DNA of 64,000 nt from Sphyrna mokarran (taxonomy: Eukaryota), in contig JAGIQG010000048.1 in the NCBI GenBank assembly GCA_024679065.1, positions 248,001 to 312,000 on the forward strand, read 5' to 3'. Positions 35,661 through 51,741 of the stretch are shown piece after piece. Within the stretch, counting starts at the first letter, position 1; every line of letters starts with the position of its first letter. Below the pieces are notes generated by a model. The model had not been told where the DNA came from, made no database searches, and saw only the letters and a list, made by a program, of their open reading frames with translations. The translations under genes and the position numbers were made by a program.

Positions 35661-37971
35661 AAATGCTACAAGCTGGTTCCTGTATGTGTAGTGTTATCAG
35701 TGGGCTGTAGAACAGGATTGAGGTCGGAGATTTTTGATGAATGTGGGAATGTCTGACTTTTCCAGCTCCCGTTGCAAGTTCATCCAGCCGGAAGGTTTCG
35801 ATGTTGCTCCCTTCACAGATGCTGTGAGGCGTTTTGTTTTTCACTAAATGAAGAATTGAACAAATAGCTTATTCACTCCGTGACTGGGAATGGAAACAGT
35901 GTCACGGTGCCGATCCTGATCACTAGAACCTCAGTGACATACGCAGCGAAGGAGCTGAGAAAGGCCAAGAGTTGTCTTGAGCATGTTCCTTCACTGAATC
36001 AATTCATCCTGAACTGTGGAATTAAACAGAGATCACATCCAGTCACAAACAGAATGAACTGCAGTGAAGGACCATTTCAACTGCCGTGCTTAACCTTGTC
36101 TGATTCCCAATAATCCGCCAGAAATGAGAAATGAATTTGCTCAGAATCTTCACTTCAAGGCATGAGGAAAGATTGTGTTCAAACAGACACTAACTGCCTG
36201 AACCTAAGGCAGAATGGAACATTAGGAGACTGGATGCAGGAGCAAAATACCAGAGTAATTCCAGAGATCAGAAACTTCAGTGAGGAATGTATTTTGGAGA
36301 GGTTCGGACTAATTTCCTTGACAGGAAGTTGCTGTTGTGACTTTGATGAGGCATTCAAACTCCCGAGGGGTCTTGACAGAGTAGATCGAGGGAAACTGTT
36401 TAATGACAGAAGGATCTTGACACACAGGGCGCGGGTTGAAGTAAATTGGTGAAAGGAGCATAGAGACATCACAAAGAACATCTTCAGACAGTGAGTGATC
36501 CATGTCTGGGATGTGCTGTTTGAGAGTGTGGTACAGGCAGCATCAATGAATGGTTTCAAAATGGGATTGGAGAATTGTCTGAAAATGAACAAAATGCTGG
36601 ACTGTGGGCTTCAGATTGTTATTGGATGAATTGATCCTTTATAGAGTCAACACACACATGACGCTTCAAAATGGCCTTCTTCACTGCTGTAAATACTTTA
36701 TCAATGTTAAAAGGGAGACAGTGGCAGAGTGGCAATGTCTCTGCGAGAGTAATTCCGAGGGTAGGCAAATCTCTCAAGATGTATATTCGAATCCAACCGT
36801 AAAAAGTTTTAAGATTGCAATTTTGACTTTAAAGGCCATTTCCATAATTGAGGCCTTGACAAGAAATGTATCAGATTCTCTAATGCCCAGCAGGAAAGGA
36901 AACTTTCCATCATTCCCCAGTTTGGCCCAGAAGTGACTCCAGGCGCACGCGTGCGTGGCCATTACCTGCTTTCTATGATGTTCTAGAAAACCAGTAAATT
37001 CAGTGTATTAGCGATTGCTACTATATGGTGGCCTTTACCAGCTGGGTATACAGCCCAGGACAGAATAAGAAACAGAGACTGAAATCAGCATTTCCCCACA
37101 CCTACAATAGCAAAGCTAGTCCAGGAGATGGCAGTGAATCAGTGCTTTTTAACACAAACGATACGGATGATCATCCCAGTTATTTCTATAATGGACTCAG
37201 TCTTTGGCCATCTTAAACCTGACCCAGTTTATATGACAGGAAATCATATTTCAGATTAAATGGCAATAATTCTCAGTTGATTCTGTGCTCAGCAAAATCC
37301 CAGTTGTTACTATATTGCAACAAGCCTCATTTGACATTACACCGTTCAGTCTGGCTGTTATAACAGAACGGGATTAATTCTTGTCTAAGGCCATGAAACT
37401 CTATATCTGCGCTGTTACTTCACTAGACCCTCTCCCTCCTGATAAAACACCAGGACATGTTACTGTCTGTATCACACGAGGCTCAGTCTCAGTTATTACA
37501 TTGCTGGAACCTGCCGGGTATAAAGGAACATTGACAATATCTCAATCACTGCTGCACCTCCCTGTTTATACCGAATAATATCCTGTCTCTAATTAGTATT
37601 CTATTTCATGATTTATTTATTGCTGCAATTGCCACTGTCAAAGCTTATATCAATCTAGAGGTTTGGTTTGGAATTACTGCATCGGATTTGTCTCCGTTTA
37701 TATTATACAATGGCCAGAATCAGACAAAATTACATTCGGTGATAGTTTTTATTGCACTGGATGCTCTCTCCTTTATTCATGCACCAAACCATATCTCTGT
37801 TCATTTTACACATCATCCTTTCTCAATTATTGCTTTACTCTGCATTCCCTCACTTTTTATTCCACTCAGCCACATCTCTGTTTATATCACACTGGATCAT
37901 GTCCCTATTTCCTGATAGCGCTGGAACCAGTCTCAGTTTAAATTACAGAGCACATTCTCTCTGCATATATT

Positions 37972-38704
37972 AGAATAGAACATAGAACATAGAACAATAC
38001 AGCACAAACAGGCCCTTTGGCCCACGAGTTGCGCCGATCACATCTACCAATCCACAGACCTATCTATAACCCCCTATCCTATTCTTTTCCATATACTCAT
38101 CCAGAAGTCTCTTAAAAGACCCCAGTGAGTTTGCATCAACAACCTCCGACGGCAGTCGGTTCCATTCACTCACCACCCTCTGAGTGAAAAACCTACCCCT
38201 AACATCTCCTCTGTATTTGCTTCCCTGCACCTTAAATCTGTGTCCTCTCGTACTGACCATTTCAGCTTGGGGAAATAGTCTCTGAGAATCCACCCTATCT
38301 ATTCCTCTCAACATTTTATAAACCTCTATCATGTCGCCTCTCAACCTACATCTCTCCAGGGAGAAGAGTCCCAGCTCCCTCAAAATATCTTCATAAGGCC
38401 TGCCTCCCAATCCAGGCAGCATCCTTGTAAATCTCCTCTGCACTCTCTCAATAGCCTCTACATCCTTCCTATAGTGAGGCGACAAGAACTGCGCACAATA
38501 CTCTAAGTGGGGTCTGAGAAGAGTCTTATAGAGCTGCATCATTATCTCCTGACTCCTAAACTCTATTCCTCAATTAATGAAGGCCAGTACACCGTACGCC
38601 TTCTTGACCACATCCTCCACCTGCGAGGCCAATTTAAGAGTCCTATGGACCCAGACCCCGAGATCCTTCTGCTCTACAACACAGCTAAGACTCCTACCGT
38701 TGAA
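37972..38704 (-). mobile_element. CR1 LINE 3' fragment (mirror; 160-aa ORF 38060-38542)
   Basis: MMQLYKTLLRPHLEYCAQF..FFTQRVVSEWNRLP. Confidence 0.92.
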
Positions 38705-40679
38705 TAGACAGTGTCTTTGTCAAGACTGAGTGTGGCATGTCTCTGTTTATATGAGAAAACACCACACTGGTTAGTAATATACTGTATACACTCTCTCAGT
38801 AATAACTGACCTGGATCCAGTCTGCATTCATATCAGTACAGGTGCTGGATCCATACCTGGTGCATTCGGCCCTGTCTCTGTATCACTGCACAAACACTGT
38901 CCCTTGTTCATATTATAACACATAGTATTAGTTGGATTGACCATGCAAAATTGCCCATTATTTTCCCTTACAGTATGTGGATTAGCCCTGGTTAATGTGT
39001 GGGGCTCACCGGGAGAGAAGGACCTGGGTGGGATACAAACTCGGTAGACTAGATGGCCTTTTTTTCCTGACCTGTAGGAATTCTATGGTTCTCTGTCTAA
39101 AATATATCAGAGACATTTCCGTGCTAATTTATTTTAAATATCCTATTTTCTAATAACCCCCTTTGGTGAAATGATCTCCTTTAGCAATTCCCCCTCAGTT
39201 TTCCCAGTGCTAACCTTCAGCCCATCCCTGCCTTCCACGAATGCGTGAAAACACCAAACGTGTTTCAACATTTAACATGTAACTATTTATTGACAGCCAT
39301 TCTGCTGTGCGCTCTTGTGTACAAAATGCCCCCCTGTTTTGTTCCCGCCGTTGACTTCTCTGCCTCTAGAAATCTGTTGGAAAATGAATAAATCACATTT
39401 CCAATGACGGAAATTGATCTGCTCAGTGTTTTACTAAACTTCCTGATGTACGACTCAGTTGTGTGCTGATTTGTGAACACAATGGCGAAAAGGGACCCTG
39501 GAGATATTGCCGACAGCTCAAAATTACATCTGTAATTCTCAGACTTCTTATTTCTGTAGATGCAAAGAGTTGAAACATCTGCTACTCTCCAGAGAAGGAG
39601 CAATATTTCTGTTTAACCGTTACCTTCCCCAGTTCCATGGTAACCATCCTAAATATTTTCTACTGTGTGTAGGTTGTACAACCTCTGTAATACGATCAAT
39701 CAGGATCAGGTGTATCATGAGGTTGGCCAGACCTTGTGTGATATAAACAGTGACATTGCCTGGTGGACATGCACTGCAGCGATTCAAGATAGCAGCTCAG
39801 GGGCAATTAGAGAAGGGCAAGAGATTCAGTGCTACCCACATCCTATAAATGATTAAAAATTATCTCTAACTACAGAGACAGAATCTAATCCAATATAAAC
39901 AGAGATTCTAACACAATGATAACATTAACTGACTGGGAGAGTCCTGTAAACCAGTGTGTGAGATTTCCAAGAGAGAGAACGTGGTAGAACATTTAAATTA
40001 ATATTTTTTGTGCGTGTGATAATTCTAGAAAAAGTAACTTGTCCAATAATAACCGGCAGGTGTGGAATGAAGCAAGATGAGGTACAGGTTCTAATTCACA
40101 ACGGATTGGGTAACGGTGTCCAAAATAATCATAGAGAATGAGAACATTATAATTTGAATAACCGGCTCCATTGTATCACTAAGAGCTGGATTCGGGGTCA
40201 GACTGGGATCTGATATAAAGAAACAATCGTTTCTAGGGCGTTGGGGAAGGTTTCTTTGTCATGATGAGGGACGCAGGGATCTGTGGAGCAAACAGGGATT
40301 GGAAATCCTATGATTGACTCCACCTGACTAAGAGCCTGTTATTCCCAAGGAAGGGGAACAGACATGGCAGAATCCATAAAGTTCTGTTCCCTGGGGTAAC
40401 AATAGTGAATCTTTCAGAGGAAAAGAAATTTTCATTATTACAAACAGTTCCACATTTACAGATAGAATTCAGACACGTGAGGATTGAAAGGACTAAGTTG
40501 GAGAATATCATCAGAGGGAAAAAAGAACAGTGTAATAAACGTTAAGAGTAATGTGATTTTCCTAAACCAGTTTGATCCAGTGCTAATTCGTTCAAAGTGA
40601 TGGTTTATAAATAGAATTGGATAATTGGGAATTCAGAATAGTCCACTCCCCACCCCAACCGCCTCTCCTGTGCATACAG

Positions 40680-40785
40680 GCACGCACACACGTACTCACA
40701 CACACTCACTCACACACACACACAGACACACACTCACACTCACACACAGACACACACAGACACACACACACTCACACACACACAC
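40680..40785. repeat. (CA)n-rich microsatellite
   Basis: CACACA/CACAGA/CACTCA units. Confidence 0.9.
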
Positions 40786-43700
40786 GTGTTGTCAACAGAT
40801 AAGTAACAGAAAGATTATACAATTGTATAAATACTGCATTTTATTCAGTCTCAATGAAGGACAGGGGAGACACAGACACGTTGCCAGGGCAATGATAGAT
40901 AAGAACCATTAAAATGGACCTATTCTCGAAAATCCTTCACATTTTAACTCCATGAAGGATAAGTTACTGTGAAATCTGATTCCATCTGCCTTCCAAGCTC
41001 TTTATTCCTGTTCATGCCAACTCTTGGGTCAAGGTGAAAAATTAAAATTCTGTCTCCCTGTTCGGTAAAATAAAATACTTTATTTTTTGCCCATTGTTTA
41101 CCGACCGTCCTTGGAGTTGTTCTCTCTTTAATCACCCCTCTCCCAACCTCATGATTTTGAAGACAAATAAAAGTGTTCAAAAGCTTGACAAGGAGATAGA
41201 CGGGGACAGCGGGAGGGTTAGGAGGGAAAAAGAGTGCTGATAGATATAAAAACTGAGAAACAAAAAGAAAATAGATGGGGAGAAAATGATCAACAAATAC
41301 AAAATAACAGCTATCATTCCCTTCCTACATGGAATCTGGGAGAGCTCAGTGACTGATCCACTGCCCATTCAGTTCTGGAAACTCTGAACAGATCACATCA
41401 GACCCATTTGTAAATGTCACCGCAGTGTGACCTGTGTGACTCTGTGGACAGATATAGGCTGCACTGACAGATGTTCTCACCAGATTGTGGTCCCTGGGTT
41501 TATTTTCTGCTCAGAAGCGAGATGTGCGGTTTGGAAGCGGCAGCAAGAAACAGGAGAATGAACCAACCGGGCCCAGTTTGACGTTATCACCGTGAACAGT
41601 CTTCCTGCCTGTGAGGGTGAACTCACTCTGAAAACATCAAGAACAACCACGCAGATATTGCTGTCGGTCTCAGCATTATATTCACCTCCATTCCCATTTT
41701 AATGTAGCAAGTAAAATGATCATATTTGTGTTTAATTGAAGGGAACACCATCACTGAGACACAAGAGGGAAATTTAAAACATTTTCTATGGATTAAAAAC
41801 CAAATTTGAGACAATTTAGGGAGAATTTGTTTTGCCAATTAGCCTAAGAGCACATCTTTGGGATGTGGGAGGAAACCGGAGCACCCGGAGAAAACCAACG
41901 CAAGCACGGGGAGAATGCGCAAACTCCCACAGACACAGGCCCAAATCCATGTATCTGCACAGCACAGCGATAGTCACTGAGCTGTCGTGTTGCCCATCAA
42001 ATGGTCCAGGTCAAGCGTACACTAACGATGTGAAGCACTAGGATACTCTCGAAAAAAAAATCCAAGAGCAGCCCTCTCACGACCCACCGCGTGTATGCCC
42101 CTCGTTAGACAAGAAGGTGGACCAAAGCACCCGTAGGATAAAAACAAATACATCAATATCATCATCTATTTACACACTTCCCAGGGACTCCCAAGGCTCA
42201 TGATCCCTATTTTAAATCAGTTTTCTATACCCCTCCATTCCCATCACTTTAAGAACGTTCAAGACATTCAGTAAATTTAGACATCGACTGGCAAAAAAAT
42301 GTGCAGGTAAATCCTGAAAAAATGAACTTGAAAGTAACAGCAGTTATTTACACAGTGATTAGCACTGGTACCTCACACTGTGACGGACACAGAGTCCATT
42401 TCCACCTTGTGTAACTGTGTGCACATTCACCCCATGTGGGTTTCATCCAGATTTACCGTTTTTCCCCTACAGTCCAAAGATGTCCAGGTTTGTAGGAATG
42501 GCAGACCAAACTGCTCCTTAGTGTCCATTTGCAGTGCAACGTGGCACACCTTTATTGTGTTCCTCAATCGCTTTTGAACAAGAGGATGTTACACATTGGA
42601 TTCCAAACTCTGTACAAGATATTGCAGGCAATACGAGAGGAATTAGATATTCTAGCCAACTGCTAGTAGTTATTAACAACACATTCCTCGAACCCCATTC
42701 ATCGACACAAATATATTTTGAAGCTAATATCCATTTGTTCATCTCGCTGGCTCCTTCTTTCTTTTAGCATTTTATAGGAAAACAATTGCTGAGACAGTGT
42801 TGGATTTATGATCAGGGCCCAGTATAATACGAAGGAGAGTCAAATAAGCCAAGCACAATAACATCTGAAGTGGAGCTTAATGTAACAGAAATGACATTTT
42901 GAATGAACAGAAGTTCAAAAGTGATGATTTGTAGCATTTCCCACAGCGTGCCATCATATAATAATAAATAAAACGGCATATTATAAAACCTATTGCAATA
43001 ATGATTCAAATGAGTAATTAAAAAGGCATAGCCTAATGCATTGTTGGATATAACTGTTACAAATGTGTGTGTGAGAGAGAGAGAGAGAGAGAAAGGAGGC
43101 AAGAGAGATAGAGGCAGGCACAGAGAAAGAGAGAGGGAGAGAGATGCACACGAGTACCATTCCACTTAACAATGAATAATCTGCTGAGTGTTTCTGGCAT
43201 TTTATTTTTTCCCAGGTCTCATTTATCCACAGCACCTTGTTTTTGAACAACGGGATATTTGATCAGGATATTGACCGGATGACCGATAAAGGGACAATTT
43301 TACAGTTTGATTTAGACGAAGGAAGTGAGATCAGGAGATTTAGGGAGGGAATGACAAAGATTAGGGGCCAGGCAGATGAAGATATCCCAAACTGAAAAAT
43401 CATTTCGAAGAAAACAATTCAAATTGCAGAAAATATATATTTTAAATTGTATTCAGGAAAAAAAGTAACACTTTCTTTCTTGTCCTGTGGCCATTTCATT
43501 CCATTTCTCTCTGAAACAGATGAACAATTAATGATTGGATAGACATTTAGCCTATGAGAGTCCATTTGGCGATATTGTGAGTACACAATTCTGTCTCACA
43601 CTGTCCATGAACGGTATAAATGAAACAGGAGAAGCGAAACAATCTTTGTCGCCAAAATCTGTCGCAAGTTGACACACAGTGCGACACTGTTCAACTAATG

Positions 43701-46700
43701 AAATGTATCACAACAGATGCTGCTTGAAGGTCTTGCAAGGAGCACTGCACGATTGTTCAGAGATTGACCTGTCTCCCAGTTAATCGCTGAGAAATTATTA
43801 TAACGTTCAAGCTACATATTACCCACACCATAACAGAGTAACTAGAAGTTTCTCACAGCTACTTATAGAAATTAGCAACAAAAAAATGAAATCTACACTT
43901 TCAAACAGGAATGATTGGTGTTCCACAGGCACACCCATATTATATCATGATTGATAATATTCGGCAGGCAACATTCTCATCGTTGTATGTTGGATTAACA
44001 GCTACAGGTTCTGATCTAATGTAAAGAGAGAAATATTATGTAATATATAAAGAGATGGGATTCTATGGGATATCATCAAACACATGGCTTACTCTTGAGA
44101 GGACTTAATATAGCATAACGAGAGAGATGGCCCAGTGTAGCATAAGGAGAGAAAGGAGCGAATGTAGTGTGAAAAGAGACAAGGTTTGCTGTCATACAAT
44201 GAAAGCTTGGTCTGGTACAACACAAATAGAAAGATGGCCTTGTGTAATGCAATCAAGCAGTCTCTACCGTAGGCCTCCCCTTTTGCCAGAGGGTAACAGT
44301 TTCTTTCCAACGAGTAAAACATTCCCATTAATAACTTTGAAAGTCTGTACTAAACCTCCCAATAAACTGCTCCGTTCGAAGGGAACCAGACCAAGCACCC
44401 AGCTGTTCTGATAGTGCACCTCATGTATGGTTAACGTCAAGCTCCATAAAGACCTCTTACCTCGCGTGTTTCTCCATGATGGAACTTTGACGTGGATTCC
44501 CATTAGTCAGTGTCATTGTGTCAAAATAATATTCAAGGGTGGGAGAAGTTCTAGGACATAGAACACTACAGCACAAACAGGCCCTTCGGCCCACACGTTG
44601 TGCCGATCATATCTATACCTACCAGGTCATAGAACTATCTGTAACTCCCAATCCCATTAAGTCCCATGTACTCATCCAGAAGTCTCTTGAAAGACCCCAG
44701 CGAGTTCGCTTCTACCGCCACTGACGGCAGCTGATTCCATTCACTCACCACCCTCTGATATGTTGGCATTTATAGCGAGGGGGATCGAATATAAAAGTAG
44801 GGAGGTTCTGTTGTAGGTGTATAGGGTACTGGTGAGGCCGCAGCTGGAGTACTGTGTGCAGTTTTGGTCGCCACATTCGAGGAAGGATATATTGGCCTTG
44901 GAGGAGGTGCAGAGAAGGTTTACTCGGCTGATACCGGAGATGGGGGCGTTGGATTATGAGGAGAGACTGAATAGGCTGGGTTTGTACTCTTTGGAGTTTA
45001 GAAGGCTGAGAGAGGATCTTATAGAGACGTATAAGATAATGAAGGGGATGGATAGGGTAGAGGCTGAGAGACTCTTCCCGCTTAGCAAAGATAGCAGGAC
45101 TAGAGAGCACAGCCTCAAGATTAGAGGGGCAGGGAGCAGTTCAATTTGGAGTTGCGGAGGGGTTTCTTCACGCAAAGGGGGGTGAATCTTTGGAATTCGC
45201 TGCCTGATGAGGTGGTGGAGGCTTCCTCACTGAATATGTTCAAGTCGAGAGTGGATAGTTTTCTGATAGACAAGGGAATTACGGGGAGAAAGCGGGAAAG
45301 TGGAACTGACCCACTTCAGATCAGCCATGATCTTATTGAATGGTGGGGCAGGCTCGAGGGGCTGGATGGCCGACTCCTGCTCCTATTTCTTATGAAGAGC
45401 AATTATGAAGACCTTCGTTTGCAAGAAGATTTGAGATCGGAGTTAGGTAGGTGTACCTGTGGGTGTGCGGGAGAGCCCGGAAGAAAGCCTTATAGACACG
45501 GGGAGAAGGTGCAGACTCCATAACATGAGGGCGGGACATGTGGCTAGCACTGCTGCCTCCATTCCCAGCTTGGGCCACTGCCTGTCCACAGTTTGTGTAG
45601 GTTTCCTTCCGCTTTCTTCCCACCGTCTGGAAAGATGTGCTGGTTAGGTGCATTGTCCATGCTAAACTCTCCGTGGGCCATTCATTCTTCAATCCAAAAT
45701 CACAAAATTGCTGTTTGTTTATCAAACTTGGGAGGCTGTTGTTCCACGAACACTTCCTGCATTCCCAATATTACAGCAATGCATAAATTCAACAAAAATA
45801 CACCAGAGAGTTTTAAATGCTTTGGCGCGACCTGAGTTCGGGGAAAGCGTTATATAAACGTGGACGGCACGGTGGCACAGTGAGATGGCATGGTGACACA
45901 CTGCTATCTTAGAGCTCCAGAGCCCTGGGTTCGATTCCCAGCGTGGGGTCCCCTGTTTGTGCAGAGTTCACACATTCGACACAAGTTGGCAAAGTTTCCT
46001 CCAGATGCTCCGGTTTCCTCCCACAGTGCAAAGATGTAACGGGTTAGGCCGATTGCTAAATTGTTCCTTAGTGCCATAGAATGTACAGGTTAGTGAGATT
46101 GACAGGGTGAATTGGGTTAAAGGGATAGAACCTGGGTGAGATTGTTATCAATACAAACATGACGGATTGCATGGCCTCCTTCTGCAATGTATGGTTTCTA
46201 TATTTCCAAGAACTAAATGCAAGCTCTTTCCATATGTTGCCAATACACAATACAATATTTGATATGTTGAAAGCTCTGAGATTGTATTCACTCGGCGGCT
46301 GATGCTTTAACTTGTCCAATTTAAGTAGATCAAATCGTCAATCAAATTAGACATTCAGTGGAATACCAACCTGTTCAAATATGTTTTATTTATTTTGACA
46401 TCAGAACAAATGTTTATTTAGAAAGGATCTCTTTATTTGAATTAAACAGCACCTGCTCTAATGGGTATTCAGGAAGATTCTCTTCATTTTGAATCAACTG
46501 TCAATGTACTTAAATTAAACCGTTATTCTGAGTTAAAACGAATCGAAAAGTGACTCTTTATCTGGTTTTGCGGTCGTGAAACTTCATCCCAACCAGTGAG
46601 ACGTTTGTGTAAATAAACAGAGAAATAGCAATCCCAGAATACATTTATTGACTGAGAAAAATCACAAGAAAAATTTCTCCATCAACACAGTACAGAAATA

Positions 46701-49700
46701 GGCAAACGTGGATATAAATCAACGGATTCCAATCCTGATCGTTTCTTGGACATTTTTCTTCATGTGTTATTTTACACAAAAAGGACTATGATCATCTCTG
46801 TGGGAAAGATTCCCTGTAATCTCGAAATAGAACGCCACCGCAAATATACTTGTGGAGATTTCTTGTGTTTTATGTCCCTGTGTTTTTCTCCTATCTGATT
46901 CTCTGTCTTGTCTCTCACGATAGATCATTTTCAACAACATCAGGTCAAGCTCCAGTTATTGTATTCCCTCAGCCAAATCAACAGGCTTCTAACTAAATGG
47001 ATCTAATTCAATTAATTGGAATATATCAGGGCAGCTTTTCTCCAAAGTGTATATTGGACATTCCCTGGAAATCTAACCCGTCCTGTCCTGGCCACCCGCC
47101 TGTTTGAATGGAGAGTTTGATTATTTCTCAACAGCCAATATTAGATTGAGACGGTGGGGATGGAGATTCACTTCGTATCTATCCCGTGCCTCGGGAACGT
47201 TTAATATTGCAATGTGGAGGGAGCTTAACACTCAGCACCTAAACACATGCTGCGCCTGAGCTTGGAATGTTTGATGGGACACTAGGCCCAGTCTCTATAT
47301 AACACTCCTCCGTGACCCTGCTCTGCTGATGTTAAATTAACTAATCTTTATGCCAGTTTATATTAAATGAAGATATTTCTCTGTTCATATTACACTAGAT
47401 ATGCTCTATGTTTATACAAAATTAGATGCTGTCTTTGTTTATATGACACACCACCATTTATCTGTTTCTATTAAGCTCGACAGACACTCTGCTTTTATTA
47501 ATGTAGACCTGTCTCTCTACTAAAGTGGATGCGGTCTTAGATCTGCACTTGACTACGTCCACGTTTATTTCATATTGAACACGGATACCGGAGATGAGGG
47601 CGTAGGATTATGAGGAGAGACTGAATAGGCTAGGTTTGTACTCTTTGGAGTTTAGAAGGCTGAGAGAGGATCTTATAGAGACGTATAAGATAATGAAGGG
47701 GATGGATAGGGTAGAGGTTGAGAGACTCTTCCCGCTTAGCAAAGATAGCAGGACTAGATGGCACAGCCTCAAGATTAGGGGGAGGGGAGCGGTTCAAATC
47801 GGAGTTGAGGAGGAGTTTCTTTACGCAAAGGGTGGTTATTTGGAATTCTCTGCCTGATGAGGTGGTGGAGTCTTCCTCACTGAATATGTTCAAGAGTGGA
47901 TAGGTTTTTGATTGACAAGTGAATGAAGGGTTAAGGGGAGAAAGCGGGAAAGTGGAACTGAACCATTACAGATCAGCCCTGATCTTATTGAATGACGGGT
48001 CAGGCTCGAGGGGCTGGATGGCCGACTCCTGCTCCTATTTCTTATGTTCTTACGACTCAGTTATTACTGCTCTAGACAAGGCGCAGTAATGTGACAAATG
48101 GCTGGGGAACACATTTCTCTGTGATCTCCTACAGACACCACTCTGTCGGATGGAGACTGGTCTTGGGCACTGGAGCAAGTGATCTCTAGAAATCCAATTC
48201 TGCATTGCAAGTGGATATCAAACCCTGCGCTGGCTGCACTGTCGATGCAATAGTTTCTGTTTCAGGATCCTGCTGAATACAATTGTTTTTAGCACAACAT
48301 AGTAACTTATTCTCACAGAACCGTAGATTAATGTGCCTAGAATTCAAACAAATGCAAAATCCAGTGCATTAATAACAGTGACCTGGTCGCATGAAATGTG
48401 GGCAGAGTCAGGGTCAAATAAACTCATACATGGACTGATGGAGCTTTAAGATCATACCATAAGACATAGGAGCAGAATGAGGCCACTCGGCCCATCGAGT
48501 CTGCTCCCCCATTCAATCATGGCTGATATTTTTCTCATCCCCCATTCTCCTGCCTTTTCCCTGATCCCCTTATTAATCAGGAACCTATCTATCTCAGTCT
48601 TAAAGACACTCAGTGACCCGGCCTCCTCTGCAGCAAAGAGTTCCACACATTCCCCACTCTCTGGCTGAACAAATTCCTCCCCATCTCTGTTTTAAAGGAT
48701 CGTCCCTTTAGCCTGAGGTTGTTCCCTCTCTGGTTCGAGTTTTTCCTCCTAATGGAAACATCCTCTCCGTGTCCGCTCCATCCAGGGCCTCGCAGGATCC
48801 TGGAAGTTTCAATAAGATCCCCCCGCCATCCTTCTAAACTCCCAACGAGTACAGACCCAGAATCCTCAACCCGTTCCTCAAACAGCAAACTCCAACTAAA
48901 ACAAGATCGAGAGCATTTGATTTCATGAACTGTTCAAGCAATACTGTTCCCGAAACACTTGTAATGCAAGAATTTTGCTTCAGTTTAGTACACACACACA
49001 TAAATGTTTTGATGCAGTCGGAATTGAGACGCAGTCAGATTGAAGTTTTGATGCTTATTTATCAGTGTCATTAGGCCGACATTAACACTGTAATTAAGTT
49101 ACTGTAAAAATCCCCTACTCGGCTGTTGGGGTAGAATTTAAGGGAGAGTGTAGCATGGCCGAAATTCACCTAAACAGCACGTCCTTCCGACTGTGGGAGG
49201 AAACCGGGGGACGGGGACAGAACCAGCAGCCACAGGGAGAACAGGCAGACTCCATACAGACAGTCACCATAGCTGGGAAGTGAAGCCAGGTCCCTGGTGA
49301 TGTCAAACAGCAGTGATAATCATTGTGCCAACGTGCCACCCATATTAACTGAAATATAGTTCAGCACTGTTATAAGTCAGAAAGTACCGTCTAAATAGGG
49401 TCCTGGTCTCATCTAGGAACAACTGATATTGATCCGAGTCCAGAGCGAAAGGAGAACTACAAGTGCAAAGGTCATATATGTTCAGAAAGTTGGTATTTAT
49501 TTCCATCAATTGCCATCCATTCTCAAAGATGCATAATTTTAGTCATCATCCATTCATAAACATTGATATATTGACGTTTTAATTGAAGGGATATGGGTGT
49601 TTCCGGCCAAGTCAGTATTTGTTGCCTATCCCTAATTGTGTTTAGTAAGCTGGTGGTAAGCTGCCTTCTTGAGTTGCTGCCGATCCTGCGGTGTAGGCAC

Positions 49701-51741
49701 CCATACCGTCCTGTTAAGAGGGAGTTCTAGGATTTGATCCAAAGACAATGAAAGAAGGATGATATAGTTCCACATCAGGTATATAACTGACTGGGAGGGG
49801 AATTTATAAGTGATATTCCCTAGTAACTGTGACCATGTTCCTTCTAGATGGTAACTGTCACGTGGTTGGAAGGTGCTGCCTGAGGAATCTTGATGAGGTT
49901 CGGAAGTGAAACTTGTAGATCATGACTCTCTCTGGTGGAGGGAGAGAATATTTGCAAATGTTATACCGGTTGCTTTGTCCTGAATGGAATGAAGATTTTT
50001 GAATGTTGTTCGAACTGCACTTACTCAAATAAGCGGAAAGAACCATTTTAGTCTCCTGATATGTGTCATGTAGGTGGTGCAGAGATTTGAGGAGTCAGGA
50101 GGTGAGTTACCCACAGCATGTTGACCTGATATTGCAGCCGGAGTATTCACATACCGAACTAATGCCAGCCAATGGTATCCCAGCGAGGTTTGTAGTCTGT
50201 GATTCAGTGTCACAATATCATTATATGACAAGGAGTAGACTTTTCATTTTTGCAAATGGTCATTTCCTGGTGCCAATATTACCAATAATCTTCAATTCAC
50301 AAAAATAAATTAATATTTCACCAATTATTATCAATATTTTATCTGATGCCAATTTAATTGCAGTATATTTAACGTAAGATATTAGGATTCAATTGCATTG
50401 GCTTTTCTGCCCCAGAATTCAGCGGGAGATTGAATGAAATCAGGACAAAATAGTAGTAGCTACCCAGCAGCCTCTGAACTTTATTGACAAGTAATCACCT
50501 CATCATCACACAGAAACTCTTGATATATAACGAGTATGTGACCATTTTAAAAATGGCTGTATGACTGAAACTATCTCTATCTAATATAAATTTATAGAAG
50601 CTTCAAAATCCAGATTGATTTTTACACGGTTCTGACAAATAATTTAAAGCTTCAAGTTGTCCAGTGACTTTCACAATATTTGAGTTGCCATATCATTTAT
50701 TGATTCATTCTTCACTGATTTGTGTAACGTTCTGTTGAGTGATTTTGTTACTCTAGAAAGGCGACATTAGAACATCAGAAACAGGAGCAGGAGTCGGCCA
50801 TCCAGCCCCTCGAGCCTGTCCCACCATTCAATAAGATCATGGCTGATCTGAAGTGGATCAGTTCCACTTTCCCGCTTTCTCCCCGTAATTCCCTTGTCTA
50901 TCAGAAACCTATCTACCCGTGACTTAAATATATTCAGCGAGGGAGCCTCTGCCACTTTAACAGGCAGAGAATTCCAGATTCACCATCCTCTGAGTGAAGA
51001 AGTTCCTTCCTCAACTCTGATCTAAACCACCCCCCCTTATTTTGAGGCTGTGCCTCGAATTCTGGTTTCCTTTCTAAGCGGGAAGAATCTCTCTACCTCT
51101 ACCCTATCCATCCCCTTCATTATCTTGTAAGTCTCTATAAGATCCCCCCTCAACCTTCTCTAACGAGTACAGACCCAGTCTATTCAATCTCCCCTCATAA
51201 ACTAACCCCTCATCTCCGATATCAGCCTGGTGAATGTTCTCTGTACTCCCTCCAAGGCCAATATATCCTTACACAAACACGGGGACCAAAACTGCACACA
51301 GTTCTCCAGTTGGTGCCTCACCAGTGCCCTGTACAGTTACAGCAAGACCTCCCTGCTTTTATATTCTATCCCCCTCGCAATAAAGGCCACCATCCCATTC
51401 ACCTTCTTGATCACCTGCTGTAGCTGCAGACTGGGTTTTTGTGATTTGTGCACAAGGATCCCCAGGTCCCTCTCCCCCTCCTGATTCCCCAGTGAAGGAA
51501 ATCTGCCGTCCCTACATGTCTCAGCGGGCTGTAACTCAAGATGGGCCGCCATGTACATAACTAGACAATGCCTTCTAAGATGCCCTCACACACCCCTCAG
51601 CTGAAAAGGAATTTAGCACAGGAAACAAATGGTGTTCTTTCCAGTGACTCCCGCGTCCCCTGGAAGAATAAAATGAAATAAAACACAACAATGTTTATAC
51701 AGTATAAGATATATCACCTCTCTGAATCAACTCTCACAATT